Assembly (NCBI GenBank): GCA_040220235.1
Contig: JAVJTO010000051.1
DNA from: Coleofasciculus sp. B1-GNL1-01
Lineage (GTDB): Bacteria; Cyanobacteriota; Cyanobacteriia; Cyanobacteriales; Coleofasciculaceae
Strand: one strand, 5' to 3'
DNA: 64,000 nucleotides
Below the pieces are notes generated by a model, which saw only the letters and a list, made by a program, of their open reading frames with translations, was not told where the DNA came from and did no database searches. Made by a program: the position numbers and the translations under genes. This document shows positions 40,236 through 51,373 of the stretch, in pieces. Numbering within the stretch: the first letter of the stretch is position 1; the number at the start of each line of letters is the position of its first letter.

Positions 40236-41396
40236 ATGAATTGTGAAGACGCGATAAAATTTGTAGTCGCAATAGTTAAATCCAAAACAGGTAAAACCCT
40301 GACACCGCTACAACAAGATATCCTCAAAGCATCTTGGCTTAACCAGAAGTACAGCGCAATTGCTGAAAGATTCTACTTAAGTGAAGGTGCTGTCAAGGAT
40401 GCAGCATATCGTTTATGGAAACTTCTATCAGAACTTTTCGGCGATAAAATTACGAAAACCAATTTTAAGAAAATTATTGAGACCCAAGGTTTATCCTCTG
40501 CGAATATTCTTCAAGAAAACAGTGCTAATGTCAAAGAACAGCCCACGCAAGCCACTATATTAATCGTTGATGATTTTATCGATAACCTCAACGTTTTATC
40601 GGTTTTATTAAAGAAAAAATGCTATGGGGTTCACACAGTTACCAACGGCAGAACGGCATTGAACCTAGCCCGCACGAATCCCCCCGATCTAATTTTGTTG
40701 GATATCAAGATGCCGGAAATGAATGGGTATGAAGTGTGTGAGACTCTCAAACTTGATGAAGCCACCTGCGACATTCCCGTGATTTTCTTAAGTGCGTCCG
40801 ATGAGCTCTTTGATAAAGCTAAAGCCTTCAAAGTTGGCGGAGTTGACTATCTAACTAAACCTTTTGATGTCTCAGAAGTAATTATCCGCCTCGAAAATCA
40901 ACTATCAATTAAACGAGAAAAAGCTTTCTTGCAAGAGAAAATTAAACAAGGTCAACAAGCCGAGGAAGTTCTCCACCAATCCCGCGCATTGCTTACCAGT
41001 GTATTGAATTCTTGTCAAGAAGGTATTGCGGCAATGCAAGCAGTTCGGGAATCGACAACCGGAGAAATTGTAGATTTTCAATGTGTGGTTGTCAATAGGG
41101 TGATGGCTCAATTCCTCGGTGGCAAAAAAGAATATCGGACAAGCAAATTTAGCTTCAAAAAATTCCTTGACCAATATGACCCGTCTCTGTTTGATGACTT
41201 TGTGCGGGTGGTGGAAACCGGAGAGCCAATGGACTGCGATTTTTGTTATGAGCCAGACAATACTCAAACTTGGCATCGCGTTAGCGCCCTAAGATTAGGG
41301 GATGGTTTTTCAATGACACTCTATGATATTACTCAAATAACTGGGCGTTTGACAAGCCGTAAAGGGATAGATTATTTCGTTGAAATCCTGGATTAA
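40236..41396 (+). CDS. Response regulator: N-terminal HTH + REC + PAS-like domain
   Basis: KYSAIAERFYLSEGAVKDAAYRLW HTH; ILIVDD, LLDIKMP, DYLTKPF; PAS-like C-terminus. Confidence 0.85.
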   Translation: MNCEDAIKFVVAIVKSKTGKTLTPLQQDILKASWLNQKYSAIAERFYLSEGAVKDAAYRLWKLLSELFGDKITKTNFKKIIETQGLSSANILQENSANVKEQPTQATILIVDDFIDNLNVLSVLLKKKCYGVHTVTNGRTALNLARTNPPDLILLDIKMPEMNGYEVCETLKLDEATCDIPVIFLSASDELFDKAKAFKVGGVDYLTKPFDVSEVIIRLENQLSIKREKAFLQEKIKQGQQAEEVLHQSRALLTSVLNSCQEGIAAMQAVRESTTGEIVDFQCVVVNRVMAQFLGGKKEYRTSKFSFKKFLDQYDPSLFDDFVRVVETGEPMDCDFCYEPDNTQTWHRVSALRLGDGFSMTLYDITQITGRLTSRKGIDYFVEILD

Positions 41397-41665
41397 AGAA
41401 CAAAATAATTTGATTTTTGATAAGAAAAAAAGGGGCGGGTTTAGTTAAGTTATCAGTTTGTGCCACAACATTCTTAGTAAAACCCGCCCCTACACCTCGG
41501 CTTTCCACCAATGCAAGCCTTGCACGCCTACAGACGCCCGCATCTGTGTTTCTTCTCGATTAAGCAGAACAGGTATCGCATGTTTGGCAAATGACCAAGG
41601 ACTAATAACAAAGGACAAATCTGCTGTAGACTATCTCTAGCCCAAATGTAATTGCCCAAGTTAGC

Positions 41666-43663
41666 GTGTTCAGCCAATCCAGTTCTGACCCTTCCCCAAA
41701 GAGTTTGCCCAATCAACGGTGGCAAATAGCCTCCGCTAACCCAGAAAAAGCCAACCAACTCGCCCAAGGGACAGGATTGTCACCCCTGCTGGGTCAAGTG
41801 TTACTTAACCGAGGATTCGACACCGTAGACCAAGCTATGGTCTATTTGTATCCAGAATCCCAGGCGATGCCCACCCCTATGGATGAATTTCCTGACTTGG
41901 CGATTAGTGTGGATATGCTCAAAGAAGCGATCGCAGAAAATGAGAAAATAGCGATCTGTGGGGACTATGATGCTGATGGCATGACCAGTACCGCCTTGTT
42001 ACTGCGGGCATTACGGTGGTTGGGGGCGGATGTGGACTATGCGATTCCTAGCCGGATGAAAGAGGGGTATGGGATTAATACTCGGATTGTGGAAGAATTC
42101 GCCAATGAAGGCGTGGGGCTAATTCTTACCGTAGATAATGGGATTGCAGCACACGACGCGATCGCCCGGGCTGTAGAATTGGGTGTAACGGTTATTATTA
42201 CCGATCATCACGACCTTCCCCCTGAACTGCCCAACGCCGATGCGATTCTTAACCCCAAACAGTTACCTGAATCTTCCCCCTATCGCAGTTTAGCTGGTGT
42301 CGGTGTCGCCTATATATTAGCCGTTACCCTCGCCCAAGACTTAGGTCAACTCCAGGGACTCACTAGCCAACTCCTAGAACTCTTCACCCTGGGTACGATT
42401 GCGGATCTCGCCCCCTTAACGGATATTAACCGCCGTTGGTTAAAACGAGGCTTGCAACGCCTACCTAAATCTCAACTGGCGGGAATTCAGGCTTTAATTC
42501 AAATGTCAGGCGTCAGTGAAGACCAAATCGCCCTGAAACCGGAAGATATCGGCTTTAAACTTGGACCGAGAATTAACGCCGTGGGGCGGTTAGCTGATCC
42601 GCAAATCGTGATTGAACTCCTCACCACCAGTGATTCTGGAATCGCCTTGGAACGGGCGATGCAATGCGAACAAATTAACCAGAAACGTCAACAGCTTTGT
42701 GCAGAAATTGAGGAAGAGGCGATCGCACTAATTGAAACAGAGGCGTTAAACTGGCAACAGCAGCGCGTTCTTGTCTTAGTGCAACCGGATTGGCATCATG
42801 GGGTGATTGGGATTGTGGCGTCGCGCCTGGTGGAACGGTATGGTGTCCCGGTATTTATTGGTACTTATGAAGACGAAAATCAGGAACATATTCGCGGTTC
42901 TGCACGAGGAATTCCCGAATTCCATGTCTTTGAAGCCCTACAATCGTGCCATGATTTATTAGGTAAATTTGGCGGACACCAAGCCGCCGGAGGCTTTACA
43001 TTACCCAGTGAAAATTTAACCGCGTTTCAAACTCAGCTGAGTCACTTTGCCCATCAATGTTTAGAACCGGAACATCTGAAGCCTTTAGTCGCTATTGACG
43101 CCGAGGCGAATTTTAATCAAATTAGCTATAATCTCTACCAACAAATTGACCGACTGCATCCTTGCGGAATTGGCAATCCCGACCCAATATTCTGGACGCC
43201 CAATGTGCGTGTGGTGGAACAAAGACTCGTGGGCAAAGGACATCTAAAGCTTACCCTGTCTGGATTTGATGGAACCAAGCAACTGAATGCGATCGCGTGG
43301 CGTTGGGGTGAATATTTCCCTCTACCCTCGAATATAGATATTGCCTATAAACTCAAAGATAATGCCTGGAATGGAAATGTGACAATTGAATTAGAATTAG
43401 TCGGCATTCGGGTGAGTAAATCCGCCCCATCATCGATTAAAAAAGCTGAATTTTACCACAACGAACGCCGCTATACCTGTAGCTTATGGGAATCGTTAAA
43501 CGAGTTGCGAATTAGGAATGCTGAAGGCAAAGTTCTGGTGGTTCAAAAAGGACAACGTACAGGGCTTTTAGGATTTAAGCGGGATGATGCGAAACAGGTA
43601 GATGTTACCCAACCTCATTACTATCATTTAATTAAAGCCGCAACTCGTGCTTTAAAGTTGTGA
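41666..43663 (+). CDS. recJ: Single-stranded-DNA exonuclease RecJ
   Basis: GDYDADG, TVDNG, TDHH, GTIAD, PRINAVGR, GSARG, GGHQAAGG. Confidence 0.95.
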   Translation: MFSQSSSDPSPKSLPNQRWQIASANPEKANQLAQGTGLSPLLGQVLLNRGFDTVDQAMVYLYPESQAMPTPMDEFPDLAISVDMLKEAIAENEKIAICGDYDADGMTSTALLLRALRWLGADVDYAIPSRMKEGYGINTRIVEEFANEGVGLILTVDNGIAAHDAIARAVELGVTVIITDHHDLPPELPNADAILNPKQLPESSPYRSLAGVGVAYILAVTLAQDLGQLQGLTSQLLELFTLGTIADLAPLTDINRRWLKRGLQRLPKSQLAGIQALIQMSGVSEDQIALKPEDIGFKLGPRINAVGRLADPQIVIELLTTSDSGIALERAMQCEQINQKRQQLCAEIEEEAIALIETEALNWQQQRVLVLVQPDWHHGVIGIVASRLVERYGVPVFIGTYEDENQEHIRGSARGIPEFHVFEALQSCHDLLGKFGGHQAAGGFTLPSENLTAFQTQLSHFAHQCLEPEHLKPLVAIDAEANFNQISYNLYQQIDRLHPCGIGNPDPIFWTPNVRVVEQRLVGKGHLKLTLSGFDGTKQLNAIAWRWGEYFPLPSNIDIAYKLKDNAWNGNVTIELELVGIRVSKSAPSSIKKAEFYHNERRYTCSLWESLNELRIRNAEGKVLVVQKGQRTGLLGFKRDDAKQVDVTQPHYYHLIKAATRALKL

Positions 43664-43969
43664 TTGGTCATTGGTCATTGGTCTTATGTCCTTTGTCATT
43701 CGTCCTTTGTCATTTAGTCGGGGCGGGTTTAGTTAGATTTGGGTGCAACAGAAACGATAGTTGTCAAACCCGTCCCTACAACTGTCATCAGATGGCTTCC
43801 CTATCTCCCGGATCTCCCCCAGCTTCCAGACGTAGCATGCTACGTCTCTACATTGCTTCCCCGGCTCCCCCGGCTCCTGATAACTGATAACTGTTCACTG
43901 ATAACTGATAAATCCCCCAGCTTCAATGCATCAGGGAGCAAGATGCTCCCACTACAAGCAAACAGACGG

Positions 43970-44095
43970 CTACAGGTCTCCCCTAAAAGCAGCCAGCAGA
44001 AAAATAACCACAGGACCAGCAATCACAATCGCCGCCAGCACGGTAAGCTGGGCAATCAGTTCCCAGTTAATATTCCCGATAAAACTTAAATCCAT
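43970..44095 (-). CDS. psb30: Photosystem II Psb30 (Ycf12)
   Basis: Manually translated: MDLSFIGNINWELIAQLTVLAAIVIAGPVVIFLLAAFRGDL. GGGAGG RBS. Confidence 0.93.
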   Translation of the reverse strand: MDLSFIGNINWELIAQLTVLAAIVIAGPVVIFLLAAFRGDL

Positions 44096-44311
44096 CTATC
44101 CTCCCGATTAACCTAATTTAGATGATGTCGTTAAAAATTGCCGATTAGATTTTACTGGGAAATGGGTCAGTTTTTTTAATCAAATTAACAAAACTATACA
44201 AAAAGTAACAAAAATGTCATTTGTCCTGGGTCATCTGTCCTTGTCTATCCGACAGACGAAAACCCGTTATCCTAGAGAAGCTTGGAATCAATCGCTCGAT
44301 GGTGAAATGCA

Positions 44312-44662
44312 ATGGCAACTTGGCGTTGTGTAAAGCAATGTGGTGCGTGCTGTCATCTAGACCCAACCGAACGCCCTGGATTAGAAACCTATCTAACACC
44401 AGAGGAGTTAGACCAGTATTTGAGTATGGTGGGGGAAGACGGCTGGTGTGTCAATTTTGATCATGCGACTCGTGAATGTCGCATTTATGCCCATCGCCCT
44501 CGCTTCTGTCGGGTGGAGGCGGATATCTTTCACCAGATGTATGGGATTGAACCGGAGGAGTTAAACGATTTTGCGATCGACTGTTGTCGGGATCATATCG
44601 CGGATCTCTACGGCGATCGCAGTTTGGAGATACTACGCTTTGACCGGGAAGTGGGGATATAA
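44312..44662 (+). CDS. YkgJ family cysteine-cluster protein
   Basis: CVKQCGACC, WCVNFD...CRIY..RP.FCR. Confidence 0.9.
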   Translation: MATWRCVKQCGACCHLDPTERPGLETYLTPEELDQYLSMVGEDGWCVNFDHATRECRIYAHRPRFCRVEADIFHQMYGIEPEELNDFAIDCCRDHIADLYGDRSLEILRFDREVGI

Positions 44663-44780
44663 AAGAGTATCCTTGTACCGCCTGACACTCTTTAAAGATT
44701 TTGTAAAGTCATTATCAATTTGTTTACATTGATGAAAACAGTCGTTTAAAATTAACCCAACTCTGTTTTATCGTCAAAAA

Positions 44781-45887
44781 ATGAAAAAAATTAGTTCGCT
44801 GTTATCGACAGTTGTGATGACAGCATTCGTGGCTTGGTTTTCTGATAGTTTACCTGCCCATGCCACACTCATTATTGGCAACACTGAAGGGAATAATGTT
44901 ATTTTATTTGATCAAAGCAATGGTCAATTTTTAGGTGAATTAATTCCATCGGGGACGGGAGGCTTACTCTCTCCCGATGATTTAAATTTTGGTCCTGACG
45001 GGAATCTATACATCACCAGTGGTACGACTCCAGAAACATCGGCTGTTCTCCGTTACGATGGCAAAACCGGAGAGTTCCTGGATCGTTTCGCGTCAGGACA
45101 TGGGTTATTTCGTCCCTATGGCGCAGCGTTTGGACCCGATGGTTATCTTTATGTCAGTAGTTTTTTGTCTGACCAAATTTTACGTTTTGATGCTATCACT
45201 GGAGCGTTTGTTGATGTTTTTGCCTCGGGTAATGGTCAACCAGGTGGCTTAAACGGACCGAATGATTTATTATTTGGACCCGATGGTTCCCTCTACGTAA
45301 CCACTCAAGGTAGTGTCGCGACAAATGGAGAACCTGATTTTAGTGCGGGGCTTCCTAGCCAAGTGCTGCGTTTCGACTTGGAAACCCAACAGTCTACAGT
45401 TTTCGTTGAACAGCCAACTCCATCACCTGATAGTTTTGGGTTTGTCAGTTTCCTTGGCTTAACCACCGGACCCAATAATGATTTATTTGTTAGTGACTTT
45501 GCTAATGATATCAGGCGTTATGACTTCGATACGGGAGAATTGGTGGCTACTTTATCCACAAATTACACCGGAACGATTCCGGCTAACAATTTCATCGGCA
45601 ACTTAGTGATCAGCCCGGATAATACTCTCTATACAGTCGGCTTTGATTTTACTAACAATAATTTTGGTGCTATTTTACGTTACAACAGTGTCACGGGAGA
45701 CCCCTTGCCGACACCAGGAAATGAAGGAGCGATTTTTGTAGATACAACTAGCCAAATGCAACGTCCCATTGGGGTTCTATTCACGTCGCAGCAATTTCCA
45801 GTTAGCGTACCGGAACCGACAGCCGGAGTGGGTTTAGTCGCACTTGGCATTAGCGGGATAATTTCATCAAGACAGCGTCAACATTAA
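44781..45887 (+). CDS. PEP-CTERM protein with NHL/beta-propeller repeats
   Basis: Signal peptide, repeated FGPDGxLYV, C-terminal VPEP + TM + RQRQ. Confidence 0.9.
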   Translation: MKKISSLLSTVVMTAFVAWFSDSLPAHATLIIGNTEGNNVILFDQSNGQFLGELIPSGTGGLLSPDDLNFGPDGNLYITSGTTPETSAVLRYDGKTGEFLDRFASGHGLFRPYGAAFGPDGYLYVSSFLSDQILRFDAITGAFVDVFASGNGQPGGLNGPNDLLFGPDGSLYVTTQGSVATNGEPDFSAGLPSQVLRFDLETQQSTVFVEQPTPSPDSFGFVSFLGLTTGPNNDLFVSDFANDIRRYDFDTGELVATLSTNYTGTIPANNFIGNLVISPDNTLYTVGFDFTNNNFGAILRYNSVTGDPLPTPGNEGAIFVDTTSQMQRPIGVLFTSQQFPVSVPEPTAGVGLVALGISGIISSRQRQH

Positions 45888-46237
45888 CAGCAAAGCTAGA
45901 ACACCAATCCAGTTAAATGGGGCGCAAGACTTGCACTCTTCAAGTTTATAGGCGTCATTCCAATCCATCAAATTAGAGACGTCACGCCCCTATAATTCCT
46001 TGGATACAAGGATAAGATTCCCAGTTAAGCTATTTGCCTTTATTTCTGCTGATGTTCACGGTCAAATAGTCAACGTTTTCTATCATCTAAAAACAGGAGA
46101 AACCCCAATAGAGGTTATTCGAGATACATACTGACCGACTCTCATATTGACTTCAGCGCAGATCGTAGTCAAATTTGTAAAGTTCTGCAAAGATGAATAG
46201 AATATGAAAAAAGATTGACGTAAACTGAGCAATCCCT

Positions 46238-46669
46238 GTGAAACTATCTTCCTTGCCCATCGTCGGTTTTGTCCTGACAGCACCCTTTTCCTCGATGAAT
46301 CCAGCCCCCAAAGATGTCTCTGATCCCTCTGAGTTACCAATTTCTCCCACTCCCACCAGTTTGCGTCCCCTCGTCAAGCGCCAACGGGGAATATGGGGTA
46401 TCTTTAGTTCCACCTTCCTAACCATTTTTCTGGCTGAGATTGGCGATAAAACCCAACTAGCTACACTGCTGATCAGTGCAGAATCTCAATCGCCGTGGAT
46501 TGTGTTTACAGGAGCCGCGATCGCACTCATTGCCACCAGCTTAATCGGTGTCTTGCTGGGAACCTGGTTAGCCAAGCGTTTACCGCCCAAAACCCTGGAA
46601 ACCGCCGCCGGGACATTATTACTCTTCATCTCTGTTATGCTGCTGTGGGATGTGGTGCAACTCGGATGA
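46238..46669 (+). CDS. TMEM165/GDT1 (UPF0016) half-transporter
   Basis: FLAEIGDKTQLA motif; start may lie further downstream. Confidence 0.9.
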   Translation: MKLSSLPIVGFVLTAPFSSMNPAPKDVSDPSELPISPTPTSLRPLVKRQRGIWGIFSSTFLTIFLAEIGDKTQLATLLISAESQSPWIVFTGAAIALIATSLIGVLLGTWLAKRLPPKTLETAAGTLLLFISVMLLWDVVQLG

Positions 46670-46770
46670 AACAATTTGGAGTGTGTAGGGGCAGATTTGA
46701 CTCCGATCATTTTGTCTTCACCCAAATGTGAACAAACCCGCCCCGACTGAATCACAGAGATTTGAAGATT

Positions 46771-47052
46771 ATGGATTGGCAATTACTAGGATTAAGTTTC
46801 ATTACCGTATTTCTAGCCGAAATTGGAGACAAAAGCCAACTGGCTGCGATCGCGCTTGGCGGTAGCCTCAAGTCGCCCCGTGCTGTATTCTTGGGGACGG
46901 TAGCCGCATTGCTGTTGGCAACGTTGATTGGCGTATTAGCTGGGGGAGGCGTAGCGCAACTATTACCCGTGCGAATGCTTAAAGCGATCGCGGCGGTGGG
47001 TTTTGCACTAATGGCTGTTCGCTTGCTGTGGCCCCATGAGAATGACGAATGA
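46771..47052 (+). CDS. TMEM165/GDT1 (UPF0016) half-transporter
   Basis: FLAEIGDKSQLA motif. Confidence 0.9.
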   Translation: MDWQLLGLSFITVFLAEIGDKSQLAAIALGGSLKSPRAVFLGTVAALLLATLIGVLAGGGVAQLLPVRMLKAIAAVGFALMAVRLLWPHENDE

Positions 47053-47097
47053 CAAAATGACAAATGACAAATGACGAATGACGAATGACAAATCTCT

Positions 47098-48354
47098 ATG
47101 GTTTCTCTCGCCCGGAAGAACTTACTTGAAGACATTCCCCGCTTTTTAGTCGCCCAAGCTGGGATTATGTTTGCGGTGAGTTTAGTTACCTTGCAAACGG
47201 GTATTTTTAATGGATTTACCCAATCCACGGCTCAGTTAATTTACAATTCTAGTGCGGATATTTGGGTAGCATCGGATAAATTGGTGCAACTTGAACTAAC
47301 ACTACCCATTCCCTTATCCCATGTTATTTCTGCCCGTAATGTGGAAGGCGTTGCCAAAGCTGAAGCCCTGATTTTTAGTGGCGCGTTGTGGAATCCACCC
47401 CAAGGAGAAATTACCCGCGTCAGAGTCGTCGGATTTGACCCCAATGGGCAACTCTTTCAACCCATCAATCTCGTTCAAGGCGATGTGAAGGACTTATCTG
47501 AACCCTATAACATTATCGTCGATGCAACCAACCAAGGTTCTCTAAATATTCAACAGATTGGGGATATTGCCCAAGTGAATTCCTTACCTGCAAAAGTCAT
47601 GGGTTTCACCCAAGGGAATGCATCGATTGTGTCCAATTCCTTCATGTTTACCTCCCTAACCAGTGCGAATGCGTTCTTAAAATCGGGTCAAAAGTCGGAA
47701 CTCTCTTGTAAATTGCCGTCAGGTTCAGAGGATTTAATTTGTACAAATACATATTCGAGAACCTCGGAAGCAGAACTTGAAAATCAACCGCCACCGCCAC
47801 CGAATCCATTAGTTGCCTCGGATCTGATTCAATATGTTTTAATTGCGGCGGAACCCGATCAGGATTTGTCACAACTGAAAGCACGATTAGAGAAAGCATT
47901 ACCCAATGTCAGCACCTATACGCGCCAGGAATTTATTAAAAGAAATCAAGACTTTTGGCAACAACGAACGGGTATTGGCTTTATCCTCGGAATGGGGGCG
48001 GTGGTTGGTGTTGTCGTGGGTGTGATTATTGTTGGTCAAATTCTTTATTCATCAGTTTCTGACCATATTACCGAGTTTGGCACGCTTAAAGCCATTGGCG
48101 CGTCAGATTGGCGCATTTACGGGGTAATTATTGAACAGGCGCTGTGGATGTCGATTCTCGGTTATCTCCCCGCCATGATTCTCTGTTACAGCGTAGCTTT
48201 GTGGACATCAGCAACTCAGGGAATTTTGATTCTGATCACCCCCGTATCCGCGATCGCGGTTTTGGCGATAACCGTGGGAATGTGCGTCGGTTCGGCTATT
48301 TTCGCGATTCAGAAAGTGACGCGCCTTGATCCAGCGATGGTATTTAATCAGTAG
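47098..48354 (+). CDS. ABC exporter permease (FtsX/DevC-like)
   Basis: SLARKNL, periplasmic loop, EFGTLKAIGA, ends LDPAMVF. Confidence 0.88.
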   Translation: MVSLARKNLLEDIPRFLVAQAGIMFAVSLVTLQTGIFNGFTQSTAQLIYNSSADIWVASDKLVQLELTLPIPLSHVISARNVEGVAKAEALIFSGALWNPPQGEITRVRVVGFDPNGQLFQPINLVQGDVKDLSEPYNIIVDATNQGSLNIQQIGDIAQVNSLPAKVMGFTQGNASIVSNSFMFTSLTSANAFLKSGQKSELSCKLPSGSEDLICTNTYSRTSEAELENQPPPPPNPLVASDLIQYVLIAAEPDQDLSQLKARLEKALPNVSTYTRQEFIKRNQDFWQQRTGIGFILGMGAVVGVVVGVIIVGQILYSSVSDHITEFGTLKAIGASDWRIYGVIIEQALWMSILGYLPAMILCYSVALWTSATQGILILITPVSAIAVLAITVGMCVGSAIFAIQKVTRLDPAMVFNQ

Positions 48355-48565
48355 ATCATTATTCTTGACTTAACCTTGTTTTTGGTTGTAGGGGCGAGTC
48401 GCTGCATCAATAGATGGTGTGAGAATTAACCTGTCTCGACTCGCCCTTTTCTCAAAGTACGTGACGTCAGATAATTGCCGAAACCCCGTGGAGGGCGACC
48501 CAAACAAATTAATGGTTCGGTGGTGTAAATTGTGTGCGGCGGGTCGCCCCTACCATGTTTATACA

Positions 48566-51373
48566 TCATTCCTGCTGATTTTGATTCACCAATAACGCCA
48601 CCGGAAAATCACTGAGAACATCTCGAATCCACAGCGTATCGTCGCCCTCAATTTCTCGTCCCGTCATCATATCCTGCCACATAGAGGACGAACTAGATGG
48701 TAAAGAAATCCGGGTTTCTTGCCAAACTTGTTCACCCATGGGATATTCGTCTGGCTTCACTAAACCCGTTAACAGCCGAGGTACAATAACAATCACGGTT
48801 GTATGATCCCAGGTTCGGGCAAAGGTGACTACATGATCCTTCAAACTACCAATAACAGTCAGTTTGTGGTAATCCCCTCGCTGGAATAACTCTAAATACT
48901 CGCGTCGGGTTTTTAGGGCTTGATAGATGACGAATAACTTAATTCGACCGTCTTCTGGACTCTGACAAAGTTCCTGAACTAAACCCAGCTTATCCGTTTC
49001 GCAGCGCTGCTTCAATTCTTGAACTAAAGCCAGCCGCTGTTCAAAATCCACCGGACGGCGATTATCGGGATCGACTAAACTTAGATCCCACAGTTCTGTT
49101 CCCTGGTAAAAATCCGGAACACCGGGAGATGTCAGTTTCAACAAAGCTTGGGAGAGACTATTAAAAATGCCGTAATGTTGAATTTTGCGTTGAAAGGGTA
49201 GAAACGCTTCTAAAAATGGATTGTCATGGATATCTTTGAGTAAGCGTTCCGCAAACCGAATAAACCCTTCTTCATAGTTGGTGTCGGGTCTCAACCAAGC
49301 GGTATGGACTTTTGCCTCTCGGATTGCCTTAATAATATAGTCTTTGATCCGCTGCACATAGCTAGGGAACTCCGTTTCATCAAAGGGAAAGGTTCCCAGT
49401 AAGGTTTGGTAAAGAAAATATTCGTCATTGGGATCAGGAATATCTAACCCATCAATACAATCCTTATGCACCGCATTGATTTCCTGCCATTTCCTCAACA
49501 TACTATCCCACTCGCCGGGGATTTCTGAGATAACATTAATTCTTGCTCTCACATCTTCACCCCGCTTGGTATCATGGGTGGCTGTTGTATTTAGTGTATG
49601 GGGCCAATAAGCGATGCGGTGTTGGTTAAACTCATGAAAGTCATCTAAGGAAACACCAAACTCACCCGGATTGCCACCCACTTCATTAAGAGAGATGAGA
49701 CGGTTGTAAATATAGAACGCCGTATCTTCTACTCCCTTTGCTGTCAGCGGTCCGGTAAACTGTTGTAGCCGCATAACAAAATAACGCCATTGTTCGGCTT
49801 CTTCGGGATTGAGTGACTCATCAACCTCCAGTAATAAAAACTTCTCAATAAACGTCAGTTCGTTAAAGAAAATTGGCGTATTTTCTTTGGCTTGGCTAAT
49901 GACAGACTCAATATAGTCCCGATCCGCTTGGCTCAAGCCTTCTGGACTAATGTAGGTTCGGTATACCGGAAACAGTGCCATGATTTCGACCAAAGCGGCT
50001 TTCAGCGCATAGATCGTAAAGTCACTAGCGTATCTGTACCGACCAGAAATTCGTTTGAGTAAATTGGCTAAATTATCGATATCTCCAGTCAAATGCTTGG
50101 CGATAATCAATCGCTTTTTCTCTTCTATGATGACTTGATAGGATATGGAATTTCCAATAAAGCGATAGTAAACGCTGTCAAACTTAGGCTGAGTCTGCTG
50201 ATGACAGAAAATGCCATTAACTTTGTTTAAGAAATCATACCCACTCGTCCCTTGTACGGGCCACGTTAGCGGCAAATCTTCATCCTCTTCCAAGATTTTC
50301 TCAACCACGATATACGCATCAGAGGCATGGTCTCGCAAGCGATTTAAATATTGAGCCGGATCGTACAGTCCATCGATATGATCGATTCTGACGCCGCTAA
50401 ATTTCTGTTCTTCAATCAGCTTGAAGATCAAAGCATGATTATGATTAAACACCCGTTCATCCTCGATGCGAACGGAAATCAGGTCATTAACCGTAAAAAA
50501 TCGCCGATAATTCAGTTCTTCATTACCTACCTTCCAGTAAGCGAGGCGGAAAAACTGCTCGGCTAATAATTGCTCTAATAAATCAAAACTTTCGGGTTTC
50601 CCGGGTTCTCCATTAAAGATTTGAATATTTTCGTCGATGAACTCCTTGATCTCTACGCTATCATTCCAGAGTTCCCACAACATGCTCTTGATAAAGCCAA
50701 TCTGATCATAGCGTTCCGTTCCTTCTTCGCCAGAGGGAATGTATTTTAGCGCATAGAGAGCGCCCAGGAACTTGACAAAATCGGGATGATTCCTGCCTAA
50801 TTTCCGGCGAATACGTGCCAAATCATAGGTTAAGACATTGGAGTAGGATTCGATGCGAATGGGAAACTGCAGGTCATAGTAATTAATCGTAAAACCGTCT
50901 TGGTTATACTGGAGTTTGAGTTCACCACTTTCTAAGCAATCGCCGCAGAATTTTCCTAAAAATGGCGCTAAAACTCGCTCTCGAATGCCCTCATAATGAT
51001 GTTCCCAATTAATATCAAAATAATCTTTATATTGAGAATTAGGACCATTCTCCAAGACTTCAACCAGCATGGGGTTTTGACTATCAAACGCCATGTGATT
51101 CGGCACAATATCCTGAAGCCATCCTAATCCGTGCTTTTGCACTTCCTCCATTAGAGAGTCAAAGTTCTCCAATCCGCCGAGTTCTGGGTTTATTTGATTG
51201 GGATCAACGACATCGTAGCCATGAGTGCTACCGGATCGGGCTTTAAATATGGGGGATGCATACAAGTCAGAAATTCCTAATTCAGCCAAGTAGGAAATAA
51301 TGGCTTTTGCTGACTCAAAGGTAAACTCAGGATTAAATTGAATTCTATAGGTGGCGAAGGGAATCCGCATCAT
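48566..51373 (-). CDS. treY: Malto-oligosyltrehalose synthase
   Basis: ATYRIQF, STHGYDVVD, DIVPNHM, NYRRFF, RIDHIDGL, THDTKRGED, SLVDPDNRRPVDF. Confidence 0.95.
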   Translation of the reverse strand: MMRIPFATYRIQFNPEFTFESAKAIISYLAELGISDLYASPIFKARSGSTHGYDVVDPNQINPELGGLENFDSLMEEVQKHGLGWLQDIVPNHMAFDSQNPMLVEVLENGPNSQYKDYFDINWEHHYEGIRERVLAPFLGKFCGDCLESGELKLQYNQDGFTINYYDLQFPIRIESYSNVLTYDLARIRRKLGRNHPDFVKFLGALYALKYIPSGEEGTERYDQIGFIKSMLWELWNDSVEIKEFIDENIQIFNGEPGKPESFDLLEQLLAEQFFRLAYWKVGNEELNYRRFFTVNDLISVRIEDERVFNHNHALIFKLIEEQKFSGVRIDHIDGLYDPAQYLNRLRDHASDAYIVVEKILEEDEDLPLTWPVQGTSGYDFLNKVNGIFCHQQTQPKFDSVYYRFIGNSISYQVIIEEKKRLIIAKHLTGDIDNLANLLKRISGRYRYASDFTIYALKAALVEIMALFPVYRTYISPEGLSQADRDYIESVISQAKENTPIFFNELTFIEKFLLLEVDESLNPEEAEQWRYFVMRLQQFTGPLTAKGVEDTAFYIYNRLISLNEVGGNPGEFGVSLDDFHEFNQHRIAYWPHTLNTTATHDTKRGEDVRARINVISEIPGEWDSMLRKWQEINAVHKDCIDGLDIPDPNDEYFLYQTLLGTFPFDETEFPSYVQRIKDYIIKAIREAKVHTAWLRPDTNYEEGFIRFAERLLKDIHDNPFLEAFLPFQRKIQHYGIFNSLSQALLKLTSPGVPDFYQGTELWDLSLVDPDNRRPVDFEQRLALVQELKQRCETDKLGLVQELCQSPEDGRIKLFVIYQALKTRREYLELFQRGDYHKLTVIGSLKDHVVTFARTWDHTTVIVIVPRLLTGLVKPDEYPMGEQVWQETRISLPSSSSSMWQDMMTGREIEGDDTLWIRDVLSDFPVALLVNQNQQE

